The position numbers were made by a program, and so were the translations under genes. From Naegleria gruberi (taxonomy: Eukaryota): DNA of 64,000 bases. Numbering within the stretch: position 1 is the first letter of the stretch; each line of letters opens with the position of its first letter. Of the stretch, positions 24,296 to 35,274 are shown piece by piece. The DNA lies in the NCBI GenBank assembly GCA_000004985.1, contig GG738846.1; one strand, given 5' to 3'. The notes below the pieces were generated by a model, which was not told where the DNA came from, ran no database searches, and saw only the letters and a program-made list of their open reading frames with translations.

Positions 24296-26626
24296 TCAAT
24301 TGAGATTTGGTTTAATCTTTGTTATGGATTGGAGTGCCTTTTCAAAATGACTCTTTTCTATGAATTCATTTTGCATATTTTCTCTCAGACAAAGTATGGC
24401 AGCTTCACGACATAAATTATCCAAATCAGCTCCAGAAAATCCACTTGTTCTTTTGGCCATTTCATCGATACAGTTTTCAGAATCCTTAATTGGCATTCCA
24501 TTTGTTTTGAGTAATAAAATCTCTATTCTAGATTCTTCATCTGGAAGAGGTAAATAAATATGTTGGTCAATTCTTCCAGGTCTTAGTACAGCACTGTCCA
24601 GTAGGTCTATTCTATTTGTTGCAGCGAGAATGAATATATTATCATTTTGAGCCATTTCATCATCAGCTAAACTAGTCTTTTTGTAATGTTGATGAACACC
24701 ATCCATTTCAATAAGAAGTGTCGATAACATTTTATCACTACTTGAACCTCCACTCTCATCATTTCTACTCCTTGCTATTGAATCAAATTGATCAAAGAAA
24801 AGAATACACGGAGCACAATTTCTTGCTGTCACGAATAGTTGTTTGATAGCTCTACTGCTTTCACCTACAACCTTACTTAAAATATCTGGACATTGGACAC
24901 TAATAAAATTTGCTTTGCATTCTCTTGCAATGCACATGGCTAGAGTGGATTTACCCACTCCATTAGGTCCATAAATTAGCATTCCTTTTGGTACTTGCAC
25001 TCCAATATCAACATACTTATCATATCTCAGAAATGGATAAATAACTGATAATTTCACTTGGTCAATTATCTTATCAATACCAGCAAGATTCTCTGAGAAA
25101 TTGTCTGTCAGTTCTGAATCTTCAGATGGTTTTTCTTGGTAATATGTTTTTGGTTTTGTTCGTGATATTGATTTTTTGAGTGAGTCAAAATTGAGTTTTC
25201 CAATCTCCATCTTTTCAATGTCGAGTAAGCTCTGTAATTTAACAAAATCTGCCCACACAAATCCTTGAGTATCAAGTTGACATGACTTGATATTTCCATC
25301 AGACTCGTTTAAATCAAACTTTTTCATCAAATATCTCAAGATAGACAATCGTTGGTTTGGAGATGGAACTTTCATCTCAATTTCCTTTTCCAGACGATTT
25401 ACTCTAATTAATGAACCATCTATTCTATCAACATTACTTGTTATACCAATAATGATTGTTTTCATATTTGATTTTCTATTTTGCAGAGCCTGAATATCAA
25501 AAAAGTGTACCAACTCTGATATTAAACTTCTATCAATTCTTCCACTCTCATATCTACTATCACTCGTTAACATGTTATCGATATCATCGATAACTACAAG
25601 CTTGATGATTTCTTTTTTCATTTCTTTGCCATCAATTCTTGGAGCTGATAAAAGTAAACTCTTCAATGCATTTTCACTCTCTCCAAGACCACTCTGAAAC
25701 ATGTCAGTTGCTGATATGAATATCTTTTCAAAGTGTGTTTGTTTAACTAATTCAGATAACTTTTCCAATGTGTAATTCACCAAAAAGGTTTTCCCCACAC
25801 CTCCTTCTCCTGTTATCAAAATATGTGACCTCTCGTTCAAAATATAATAAATAAGCTCGGCTATAACATCATGATAAATTGGAATATCTGGATTATTGGT
25901 AATCTTTTTAACAAGTTTTTCAAATGAAATATCTTGAAGGGAATCATCGTGTTCTATTGTAGTACCACACTCCTGTTGTTGCTCTTGATGTCTTTGAATG
26001 TTAAATTTTGTAGTGTTATTAATTTTAAAGATTGTCAACTCCTCGCTTGAGTTGAATCCAACAAATCTGAATCTAAATTTCAATTCCAAAATATTAAAAG
26101 TGTAAAATAAATTCGATTGATAACATAATTTAAATCTATCGGAATTCATTAATACTAAATCTTTCACTAGAGTTCTATTAGAAAGAATTGTATCAATAAT
26201 TGGGGAATTATCCAATTTTTCTACAGAATGAAAAATCAATTTCAATTCATTAGCAACAAGAGCATCCTCTCTATTCACTTGCCCAGAAATAAAAACCAGC
26301 AATTGTTGATCACTAATATTTACATTATCATTCGGAAATGCTTTCACTATCCTATTCATAAATTCCTCATATAAATATTTAGAAATTTTGGCCTGCTTTG
26401 CAATGATATTCCTATCCAATTTAATCTTGGCATAAATTTTAATTTTCAATTTTTCTCCCGATGTTGAGGAAACATAATCCAAAGAAATTGTTGTATATTG
26501 GTCAATAATTAGTTTGTATTGGTTGAGTGTATCTTCATCCAACCACACAATACTCTCCTCGGAGGATAAACTTTTTTCTTCCTCTATTACAAAGGCTCTC
26601 TTGATGGCTCTTGCTTTTTCAGTCAT
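24296..26626 (-). CDS. AAA+ ATPase with two ATPase domains. D1 is degenerate. D2 has a classical AAA core but a variant Walker A.
   Basis: D1 reads ILITGEGGVGKTFLVNY…VVIDDIDNM. D2 reads LIYGPNGVGKSTLAMCIARE…ILFFDQFDSIARSR… plus the second region of homology, …ILAATNRIDLLDSAVLRPGRIDQHIYLPLPDEESRIEIL. The start is the ATG at 26626. No introns are evident. Confidence 0.7.
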   Translation of the reverse strand: MTEKARAIKRAFVIEEEKSLSSEESIVWLDEDTLNQYKLIIDQYTTISLDYVSSTSGEKLKIKIYAKIKLDRNIIAKQAKISKYLYEEFMNRIVKAFPNDNVNISDQQLLVFISGQVNREDALVANELKLIFHSVEKLDNSPIIDTILSNRTLVKDLVLMNSDRFKLCYQSNLFYTFNILELKFRFRFVGFNSSEELTIFKINNTTKFNIQRHQEQQQECGTTIEHDDSLQDISFEKLVKKITNNPDIPIYHDVIAELIYYILNERSHILITGEGGVGKTFLVNYTLEKLSELVKQTHFEKIFISATDMFQSGLGESENALKSLLLSAPRIDGKEMKKEIIKLVVIDDIDNMLTSDSRYESGRIDRSLISELVHFFDIQALQNRKSNMKTIIIGITSNVDRIDGSLIRVNRLEKEIEMKVPSPNQRLSILRYLMKKFDLNESDGNIKSCQLDTQGFVWADFVKLQSLLDIEKMEIGKLNFDSLKKSISRTKPKTYYQEKPSEDSELTDNFSENLAGIDKIIDQVKLSVIYPFLRYDKYVDIGVQVPKGMLIYGPNGVGKSTLAMCIARECKANFISVQCPDILSKVVGESSRAIKQLFVTARNCAPCILFFDQFDSIARSRNDESGGSSSDKMLSTLLIEMDGVHQHYKKTSLADDEMAQNDNIFILAATNRIDLLDSAVLRPGRIDQHIYLPLPDEESRIEILLLKTNGMPIKDSENCIDEMAKRTSGFSGADLDNLCREAAILCLRENMQNEFIEKSHFEKALQSITKIKPNLN

Positions 26627-26716
26627 TTTTTTATTCAACAAAATTTCACTGTTTTATTTGAATAATTTATTTACAACTTTAGGGTTTAAATGTGGAATAA
26701 AAAGAGATGGTTCGAA

Positions 26717-28251
26717 TTATTGATAATGGTGATCAGAAGGGCTGCTATAGTCATCATTACCTGTTGTTGAATTAGCAGACTCAGAAAGGAGAATGGAAGA
26801 ATTAGATGAGCTAGATGGTTTCTTGTTGATGGTGTCCAACAATTTAATGATAAGACCTTGTACTTCATTGTTATCACTGTTGGATCCAGAATCCCTCTGG
26901 TAATTGTTATTATTATTTCCACCACGATTGTAATTATTTGATCTATTATTGTTATTTCCACGACGATCATCATCTCTTCTATCATTTCTATTGCTGTTAT
27001 TACCACCTCTATCATTTCTACTATTGTTATTTCTATTATTATTGTTATTGTATGAGGATCTATTGTCTCTATTTCCGTAATTTCCTCCTTGATTTGCAGG
27101 TCTATTGTTGTTGTAATTTTGAGAAGGTTGTTGAGGTGGATTATATCCGAAAGATAATCCTGGAATATTGAGAGAAGGTTGAGGAGTGCTTGTTGGAGGA
27201 ACAACAGGATATTGCATTGAATATTGTTGGTAGACATTAGATACTGGAACAGGAGGTGGAGGAGCATTAAGAATAAACGAACAGATATCAGTAATCATTG
27301 TATCAGCGAAACCTAATATAATGTCAGAATATTATTTCAGATTTTGAAAAACTTACCTGGAGAAGTACCATCAGGCATAAGAGCCTTAAATGACACGATA
27401 TTCCTAGCTATTTCATGTCTTGCCACTATGTAAATGACGAATCTTTCATTGGATACCAATTGAAGGAATTGTGGAGATGTAAAGAACAATTCCCCTTGAT
27501 TGGTATTACGAATGTGAACGTTATGATAGATAAGACCTCCAGATTTAAGAGTTTGCATAACAAAGTTTGCAAATGGTTCCAAAGTTTGATCTGGAATATA
27601 GATTGGAACAGATGTGACACCAGAAGAATTAGTTGAATAAGGAGACGAAGTTGGCATCATTGTAGTAGAAGGCATTTGAAGAGGAGGTTGTGAATTTCGT
27701 GGTGGTGTTCTCTTTTGCTTCTTATTCTTATTGTCTCGGTCCCCTCTACTATAACGATCATTCTTAGAATCACCACTATTATTGAAATTACTACTATTAT
27801 TACGAGATGGTGGTTGTTGGCGATCTCTACTATCGAGTTTTCTCTTATTACTATTCACATTCTTTTGCGAATTATTTGGACCTTTGGCCATTTGTACATC
27901 AATGCGTTTAGAACATAATTGTGTTCCAGAAAGAGTTGCAATAGCCTTTGAACAGGCTTGCTCGCTTTCGAATTGAATAAAAGCATAACCTGGATGAAGA
28001 CGAATTTCATCCACAATCTTACCGCACTTTGAAAAGGCATCATATAGTTGTTCTTTGGTTGTTCCAAAGTCTAGATTGCCTGCGAAAATACGATGACGAA
28101 GTCCACTGGCAGAATCTACACTATCAGTATTATCATTATTAAATGTTCCTGAATGTTTGTGATTAACGGGTGATGATGGTTTATTATTACCATCAAAGCT
28201 TACGTTATTACTATTACTTGATGAATTATTAGCTTCTTCGTGGCTGCTCAT
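26717..28251 (-). CDS. RRM-containing RNA-binding protein with an N/R/G-rich low-complexity C-terminus. Two exons: 28251..27357 and 27312..26717.
   Basis: The RRM has RNP1-like and RNP2-like elements: RIFAGNLDFGTTKEQLYDAFSKCGKIVDEIRLHPGYAFIQFESEQACSKAIATLSG. The 44-nt intron is at 27313-27356 (GTAAGT…AG) and is in frame. The C-terminus is rich in N, R and G, with runs of NNNRNNNSRNDRGG. Confidence 0.65.
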
Positions 28252-28457
28252 GATTAATAATCGAAGCTTGCTCGTTAAACCTAGAAACAAAATGTTTTAT
28301 TTTTTTAGAGATAAAATATTTTTTAGAAGTTTACAAAAATATTTCAATTTATTTTCTCAATCTACTCTTTTAATAAGGGAGTTCGATCCAAGAATCAAAT
28401 TTCATCAGTGCAATATTGTTGAAAGTCACATATAATTGGCCAATTGTTTTTGAAACA

Positions 28458-29495
28458 TTATTTCAAAGCAGAAACCAAAGATAATGGAATAATTATGATA
28501 AATATAATAAAACAAACTAGTGAAAATGTAACTGACAAGTAATATAACAAGGTGGCATAGATTTTTGCTCTCCTCGATTTGAATTTCACCAAATCTGTGC
28601 ACCAATACATGACACAACATGGCACCGATGAAAACATCATGAAAGGTGGTATTAAACATAGACAACAACTAATTAACAATGAAAAAAAGAATAACATTCT
28701 AGCTCTCTGATCTTCCTTAAATGAATAGGAGAAGGATGGTGAGTAGGGTTCAATTTTCTTATTAATTGGCAATTCATCTTGTCCATCTATTGAAATTGGT
28801 TGATCATTATTGTAATAATAATCTTTCAAATAATTGTATGTAATTTCCTCTTCCAATATGATATCACTTCTATTACCAAAAATAGTTCTATCACTGAGTG
28901 CAATTAAATTCGATTCCAAATCAATAATTCTCTGAATAGTTGTGTTTTTAAATGAATGAATTCTTCTATTTGATGTTACTGTATTCGAATTAACTATTGA
29001 ATTTACAACTGCATGAGCAACTTGTTGTGGAATTGATGGATTACTCATGGATGGACTCGATTCTTCCACTCCCAATTCTACAATTTTAGTACTACTATTA
29101 TTTACAATATTTCCACTACTTCCTGTTGCACCTATTGTTGCTGTTATTATTGGAGGATTTTTCCTTTCCGATAATATTATTGAATTTACAATAATGGAAT
29201 TTCCATTTGTTGGTGGTGGTTGACTCGAATTAATTGGTGCTCCATTATTATTACTATTATTTGTTGCTGTTGTTGTATTATTTGTCATTGATTGTTGTTG
29301 TTGATGTATTGAATTTGTTTCATCAATGAGAGAAACAAGTGTTGTTGCAGCTTTAAATGTAGTTTCACTTTTAGAGTGAGGAATGGGTGATGAATTTGCA
29401 GATAATGTATTGTTGTTGTTGGAGGAGGAGGGTTGTTGTTCGTGTTCAGCACTGGAGCGTTTCGGAAGAGAGGAAGGTGAAACTGGTTTCATCAT
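28458..29495 (-). CDS. Hypothetical N/S/T-rich protein with a C-terminal hydrophobic (TM) region
   Basis: 345-aa ORF with an ATG at 29495. The composition is low-complexity. The C-terminus is …MLFFFSLLISCCLCLIPPFMMFSSVPCCVMYW…IIFIIIIPLSLV. No family assignment. Confidence 0.4.
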   Translation of the reverse strand: MMKPVSPSSLPKRSSAEHEQQPSSSNNNNTLSANSSPIPHSKSETTFKAATTLVSLIDETNSIHQQQQSMTNNTTTATNNSNNNGAPINSSQPPPTNGNSIIVNSIILSERKNPPIITATIGATGSSGNIVNNSSTKIVELGVEESSPSMSNPSIPQQVAHAVVNSIVNSNTVTSNRRIHSFKNTTIQRIIDLESNLIALSDRTIFGNRSDIILEEEITYNYLKDYYYNNDQPISIDGQDELPINKKIEPYSPSFSYSFKEDQRARMLFFFSLLISCCLCLIPPFMMFSSVPCCVMYWCTDLVKFKSRRAKIYATLLYYLSVTFSLVCFIIFIIIIPLSLVSALK

Positions 29496-29568
29496 TTTTT
29501 TATAATATTAATTTGATAAGTGACAATTTAAATGTATTTACAATATTGGATGATATTCAAAAACAGTT

Positions 29569-31656
29569 CTAGTCAGTTTCATTTTCATTGAGTGGATTAT
29601 TGATATCTCTTGTTCTATTTTCAATTCTTGAAATAATATTTCCAATTTTAGGTAATTCTTCTTTTAGAATGTGAACAAAATTATTACGATGGTATTTTTC
29701 ATTTGCATTTACAAGAATACCATCTGCATTATCGTAAGTATATGATTTCAGCCAATTTTCACCATCCAATCCACCTTCAATTAGATAATTAGTTGTCACC
29801 AATTTGTAATACTTGTCATCCTGAATTGGTTCTCCATTAATAGTAAATGAAACAATTCTATTTCCTGGACTCTTCTTTCTATCATATTCAATTTTAACAG
29901 TTCTAGATACTTGTGGATATAATCCTGATCCTAGTGTTCCTAAACTATCAATTGGAGCTAAACTCAATTCCACTATTTTTTTGATATACTTTCCCTTAAT
30001 GGAAATATTAATAATTTCATTAATTAAAGGTAATTCTCTCATTATATCAATAACCTTAATATGATATCCAACAGCATAGGTCTTGTCTGCTCTTATACCG
30101 CCTCCATTGAATAAAACCATGTCACAATCAAAACAATCTTGTAATACATCACATAAAAAGTTACCAAATGTTGATTCTCTACTTCGACAAATATTGGTAG
30201 AAGAACTTAATGGAGTTTCACAAATTGCCAAAACATTGTAGGCATCCTGTGGAATTTGTGAATTTAAGTAATCAATCATATTCCTCATACGAATATCTGA
30301 TTCATCATCGTGTGGAAGTTCAACTTCATTGGATTCACGATTTTGTACCAAACCAACAGAGTCTACATAAATTGTGGAATCAAATTGATTATTCTTTTGC
30401 ATGGCTGATGAGGAGTCAGTCTTTTCAACAACTAGACTCATCTTGGCAACATATTTTGCATCTGAACCTGATTTTACAATAAGAGTGTTATTCGTATTGG
30501 AAATCTCAATATAAGGAAAGTGAGTATGTCCTACAATTTAAAGTTATTGAAATAAATTGAAATAGTTACCTCCCAAAATTGCATTTACTTCAAAAGTTAG
30601 TGAATTGAAATTTGTAAATAAACTTACAATATTTAATCTTACTCAATTCCATATCTTGCTCCATATCTAAATGAGATATACAAATAATCAAATCACACTT
30701 GTCAATGTGCTTCAATTCAAAAACCATCTTTTTTGCAACATCCAAATAAGGATGAATCACAATTTTATCTAAATCATTCTTCAATCCACCTGTTAAATGC
30801 TTGGTTGCTTCAGTCAGCACTCCAAAAAATCCAACTATGAAATGTTATATTAATTAAACACTATAATTATTACAATACCTTTCAAATTGGTTCCATTAAT
30901 TGCATAATCCATAATATGCTTTCTATGAAAGATGACATTCTTTGGTGGTTCAACATCTTGACAATTACATCCAACTTCACACAATGTTTTTAATTTTGGA
31001 TCCAATAATTCAACATTTGAACAGACCCATTTAAATCTAGATTGTCTCACTCTTTCAATTAAAACATCCAATCCATAATCAAAATCATGATTACCAATAG
31101 TACACAAATCAATCTCCAAAATATTAAACAAATCTACCATATGCTTTCCCTTATAAGAATTTGATAATAATCCAGCAGATAAGAAATCACCATTGACAGT
31201 AACAATGGTTGGATGTCCCTTAGCCTTCTCCTCATTACGAAGTTTGTTTATAATTCTATTCAATCCAATAAATCCACCAACTCCATCCTCCTGTGATTCA
31301 TTAATTTCATAAACATCATTTATCATGAGAATTGTAATTGGTTTCACAACTTTTCCCTTTTGATAGTGATGAGAGAGTGAGGTATGAAAAGATGACACTG
31401 ATGATGAATTAATCATCATCATACAATTATTATTACTTTTAATACTACCATTGGAATAATTGTTAAAGAGTGAAAATGGTGGAATAAATCTCGTCATGAT
31501 CCAATTTCCAATGATTGCCTTCCTATGAAATGTGCAATTATTTACTGTTTGTTTAATGATTTCTCGTTTGTACATTTTTTTAATTGATTGGCAAAATTCA
31601 TGACCAAATCTTTGGAATTGTTGAACAATTAGTGGCGAAATCATTCTGTTAAACAT
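29569..31656 (-). CDS. 5'-nucleotidase / UshA-CD73 family calcineurin-like metallophosphoesterase. Three exons: 31656..30879, 30834..30643, 30530..29569.
   Basis: Metallophosphatase motifs INDVYE (GDxHG-like), VTVNGDF and TIGNHDFDYG are present, followed by HTHFPYIE, then a C-terminal 5'-nucleotidase substrate domain …LFNGGGIRAD…TTNYLIEGGLDG. The introns are 44 nt (30835-30878) and 112 nt (30531-30642, GTAAGA donor). The junction codon reads RHTH where the family usually has GHTH. Confidence 0.75.
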
Positions 31657-31808
31657 CCGATTATTACAGAGATGATTGAATTAAATTGATAGAACAGGAA
31701 TGAAAATAACCAAAGGTTTTATTGTTTGAAAGAGATTGTTGGGGAAGAGAAATTGTTGGGGGAAAATGTTAGTGGGAGGTGTTGATGAAATGATGAAAAA
31801 GTCTGGAT

Positions 31809-32409
31809 TTAAAAACCAGCAGCACGAAGGTATAATCTCAAAATTCTAGAGTGGTTACCCTTGACTTCCAAAATGTTACCGGCTCTCAAGACTACTTCTT
31901 CACCAGTAATTTTAGCAATATCTTCTTGTAATTTGGCAACATCTCCTTTAACTTTACGAATGACAGTCAATGTTTTTGTTCTTCCGTTCCTATTATTATT
32001 TTAATAAATTATTCAATTTAATATTATCATTCATATTATATCATTGTTGTTGTTACAAGTTAAATATTATTATTATCAAATATAATCAAAAGAAGAATTC
32101 TAGAATTCATGTAAAAAACTCTACTACATACTTATAATCCAAATAAATAGGGAGAGAACCAAATTGAGAGCGTGAGATGTGGAATGGCAATTCTTCAGTT
32201 CCCTTCAAAGGTAAATGGAAAACCGATGATGATGGAAGTTTATCTTTAACATCAACTTGTTCTTGAATAATAGTATTAACAAAATCTTGTTGTAATTTAG
32301 CATTCAATGGTTGTTTAGTTAAGTGTTTCATGAGAATAAAGTTTGGTGTGGCTCTACTGCTAACAGCCTTAGAGAGGGTAGGGATTGTTCTGAGAGCGTG
32401 GAATGGCAT
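31809..32409 (-). CDS. Mitochondrial ribosomal protein L49 (Img2-like). Two exons: 32409..32132 and 31989..31809.
   Basis: The C-terminal domain …LPIYLDYK|NGRTKTLTVIRKVKGDVAKLQEDIAKITGEEVVLRAGNILEVKGNHSRILRLYLRAAGF matches the Img2/MRPL49 fold signature (Y..R.KNG…PVY…T.IRKI.GD). The 142-nt intron is at 31990-32131 (GTATGT…AG). Confidence 0.7.
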
Positions 32410-33264
32410 TTTTTTTATTTTTTCATTTTTATTAAATTTTATTATATATCTTCATCACATTATTTTCTTCGTGATGAATTTTAATATGAATATTTTCTTC
32501 TATCGGAATTAAAATTCATCACAATATGATGGTTTTGAGGTCTTCTTTGAGCAAATTGGGTTTGATTTGAATTGTTTAATAATTATTCTACTCTTTCCTC
32601 AATTGTTGAAATCTCTGCTAATAACTCATTGACCTGAAGAGTAGTTGTAAACCACACCAAATAAATTAACACTGTATTCTGATCGCAAGTATTATTATTT
32701 CGAAATACATGTAAGATGGCTCAATTTCAGGTATGTATTACATTTAGGGTTATTAATCTCACTGAAAACATTCATAATTGAAGTTTGAGAGTTTGTTCAT
32801 TCTCAAACACAACACTCTCTAAATTGCCAAACAAGTACTGCCATACCTTTATCAAGAATCGTGCAAATTTGCTAATCTTGTATCAAGAGAATGAGAGTCC
32901 AATTAATCTCAGCCACAGATTTTATACTTCTCCTTTTAGTAATTGAACATTCCTTAATTTGCACATTGACCCTCAATATTGTCTTCTCAATAAAGTGAGA
33001 ATCTGTAACCGATACAACAACAGAACTAATTTGAATCATTCTCCTACAGTTCGGTTCTCCATTACTAGAGCGAGATCATTTAGTCGAGCACACAGGAGGA
33101 GAGGACTAGGTGCATGGTTGCACATCAACACACCGTAACACCATCCTCTTCCTCAACGTCCTTCAGAGGAGGGGTAGAGCGAGAAGGCCACACTTTTCCA
33201 TGATGAATATATAATTCTCAAACATGTTATAAAAAAGGCCACATTTCACTCTCCTTTTAAGAAA

Positions 33265-34263
33265 ATGGGCTCCAACACTTCAACGACACTTTCTGAAGCT
33301 GGTACAGGTACCTCTTCCAATTCATCATCACTACAAAATCTTCTTAATCATCATCGAAAAAGTAGTTCTTCTCTTCCTCAATACGAAGGAAATCATTTAA
33401 AAAGACAATCGAGTTATAAATCCAAATCACCTGATAATGGAGAAGAAGATATTGCAAGGGAAGGATCTATTCTAGTGGATAAACAACCAACTATAGTGGG
33501 ATTTGTTGGAGAATTAATTGGAACAGCAACAAACAATAAGAAATCAAACCAATCAAAGAAAGACAAGACAATTGCTCCTTCTTCTGAGAATTTGGCAGAT
33601 GATGAAATCAAACCAATCTACTCTGCCACTTCCTTCACAAAGGGAAGCGCCTCAGAAAGAGCAAGAAACAAGTCCAATTCATCCTCACTGAGAGAGAGTC
33701 TCACATCCAGCACATCATCATCTTCATCCACACTCTCATCCTCCAACTCATTGACCACTATCAGCTCATCAACATATCCAATTTCAGGCACCAAAAGCTT
33801 TAAAATTGCACGAATGAATTCACTCAGAGGCAATATCATTCTTAATAACACGCCACAATCTGGCAACAACTATCAAGCATGGAATACTGACACAATCTGC
33901 TGGGAAGAATATAAAAGAAGAACCATTGCTCAACAACAAAATCAAAAGAGAAGAAATGAAGCAATCACATCTCTTTCCATGTCAACACCAGCCACAACAA
34001 CCACTTACAATATTTCTTCACAAGAACAACTAATGATGAGAAATTCTCCTCAAAGAACAATACCTGTAAAGAGAGGAGTTAATAACAACACATCTATTAA
34101 TACCTCACCAATGACATTCAAGAGGCAAGCAATGCAAGTAACAACAATTACTAATAGAGTGGGAATGGAAGTGGAATCATCACCATTGTCAAACTTTTTG
34201 AAGAATTTATCGGCTGCTCCTTCTGTGGTTACTACTAGTTCTGCTGCTATGAATAATAGGTAG
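33265..34263 (+). CDS. Hypothetical S/T/N-rich protein with an N-terminal MGxxxS (possible N-myristoylation) motif
   Basis: 332-aa ORF with the ATG at 33265. It begins MGSNTST. The composition is low-complexity with no conserved domain recognised. Confidence 0.4.
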   Translation: MGSNTSTTLSEAGTGTSSNSSSLQNLLNHHRKSSSSLPQYEGNHLKRQSSYKSKSPDNGEEDIAREGSILVDKQPTIVGFVGELIGTATNNKKSNQSKKDKTIAPSSENLADDEIKPIYSATSFTKGSASERARNKSNSSSLRESLTSSTSSSSSTLSSSNSLTTISSSTYPISGTKSFKIARMNSLRGNIILNNTPQSGNNYQAWNTDTICWEEYKRRTIAQQQNQKRRNEAITSLSMSTPATTTTYNISSQEQLMMRNSPQRTIPVKRGVNNNTSINTSPMTFKRQAMQVTTITNRVGMEVESSPLSNFLKNLSAAPSVVTTSSAAMNNR

Positions 34264-34524
34264 ATGGATATTATGAAATATCCTTATTTTGGAAAGGGGA
34301 TAACGAAAAGAAAATCGAATTGTAATTGAAATTTTCGCAATTTTAAGAAAATTTCATAATAATTGAAAAAATGTTTATTCATCAATGTTGATCTAGTAGA
34401 TCTTCATTGGCAATGAAACAACATTAGAAAACTAATAAAACAATATAAAACATTTAATATTCCATTTTAAGGTTTATAAAGTCATGGGTTTATATCTGGA
34501 CATTAGAAAACAAAATGAAAAAAA

Positions 34525-35139
34525 ATGCAAAAACTTTATCACTTGAGAAACATCATCCTTGGCTCAATACTCGGAGTTACAATATTGATGGGCATATTTT
34601 CTGTTATGTTTGGAATGGCCTCAATATTCTATCAAGATAAATATGAATTTAATGAGGAAAGATTATGTACAGTGATAGATCCGAGAGTGGAGTGTTATCG
34701 TCATTGTACAACAGGAGCTGTTGGAGAGGAGAATTGTCTTGTTTATTGTAAAGCAATTGTGAGGGTACATCCCGATGATGATGTTGGATATTGTTTGGAT
34801 GAGCCTGAATGTGTTCATAAATCTACTCAGCCTAGAAATAGGACAACTTTGGAATTTACTGAACATGATTCATTCTATGAGTATGATATTCACTCGAATG
34901 TAACGTGCTACTTGAATGAGCATCAGACAAATGCTGCCTCTTATCAAATTCATTCAAGTTTCAAATCGATTGCTAATTTTGTTGCTATTGGACTTGGTTT
35001 GATTTCATTGGTATTTTTGGCTGTGTTTGTGATTGGTTTCATTTCTACATTTATTCATAGAATTTTGCCTCATCATTGGCAATTTAAGGCACATCATCAA
35101 CATCACGATGAAGACGAGGATAACAAGAATTTCCTTTAA
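34525..35139 (+). CDS. Hypothetical small membrane protein with two TM helices flanking a Cys-rich extracytosolic segment and a His-rich tail
   Basis: 204-aa ORF starting at an ATG. The first TM is ILGSILGVTILMGIFSVMFGMASIF. A 10-Cys segment follows. The second TM is FVAIGLGLISLVFLAVFVIGFISTFI. Then comes HHQHHDEDED. Confidence 0.4.
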   Translation: MQKLYHLRNIILGSILGVTILMGIFSVMFGMASIFYQDKYEFNEERLCTVIDPRVECYRHCTTGAVGEENCLVYCKAIVRVHPDDDVGYCLDEPECVHKSTQPRNRTTLEFTEHDSFYEYDIHSNVTCYLNEHQTNAASYQIHSSFKSIANFVAIGLGLISLVFLAVFVIGFISTFIHRILPHHWQFKAHHQHHDEDEDNKNFL

Positions 35140-35274
35140 ATTTTCTTAATTGATTCAAATTGTCAGAGTTCAGATCACATTAACAAATGAGTAATCTCAA
35201 AAAAGCACTTTAAATGAGGTGATAACAGATTTAGCTCATGTGAAATACAAGAATAAAGAGAATATAATAATAAT

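Noticed and set aside
26686-27267. 193-aa ORF (I/T/E-rich) overlapping the RRM gene's second exon
   Set aside because: It is an alternative frame of the N/R/G-rich low-complexity coding region. The annotated frame is continuous with the RRM exon through a canonical intron.
32700-32760. ATG GCT CAA TTT CAG followed by gtatgt…ag: a possible mini-exon in the 32.4-33.2 kb spacer
   Set aside because: The putative intron would be only 17 nt and the downstream frame terminates within 20 codons. It is more likely a chance motif.
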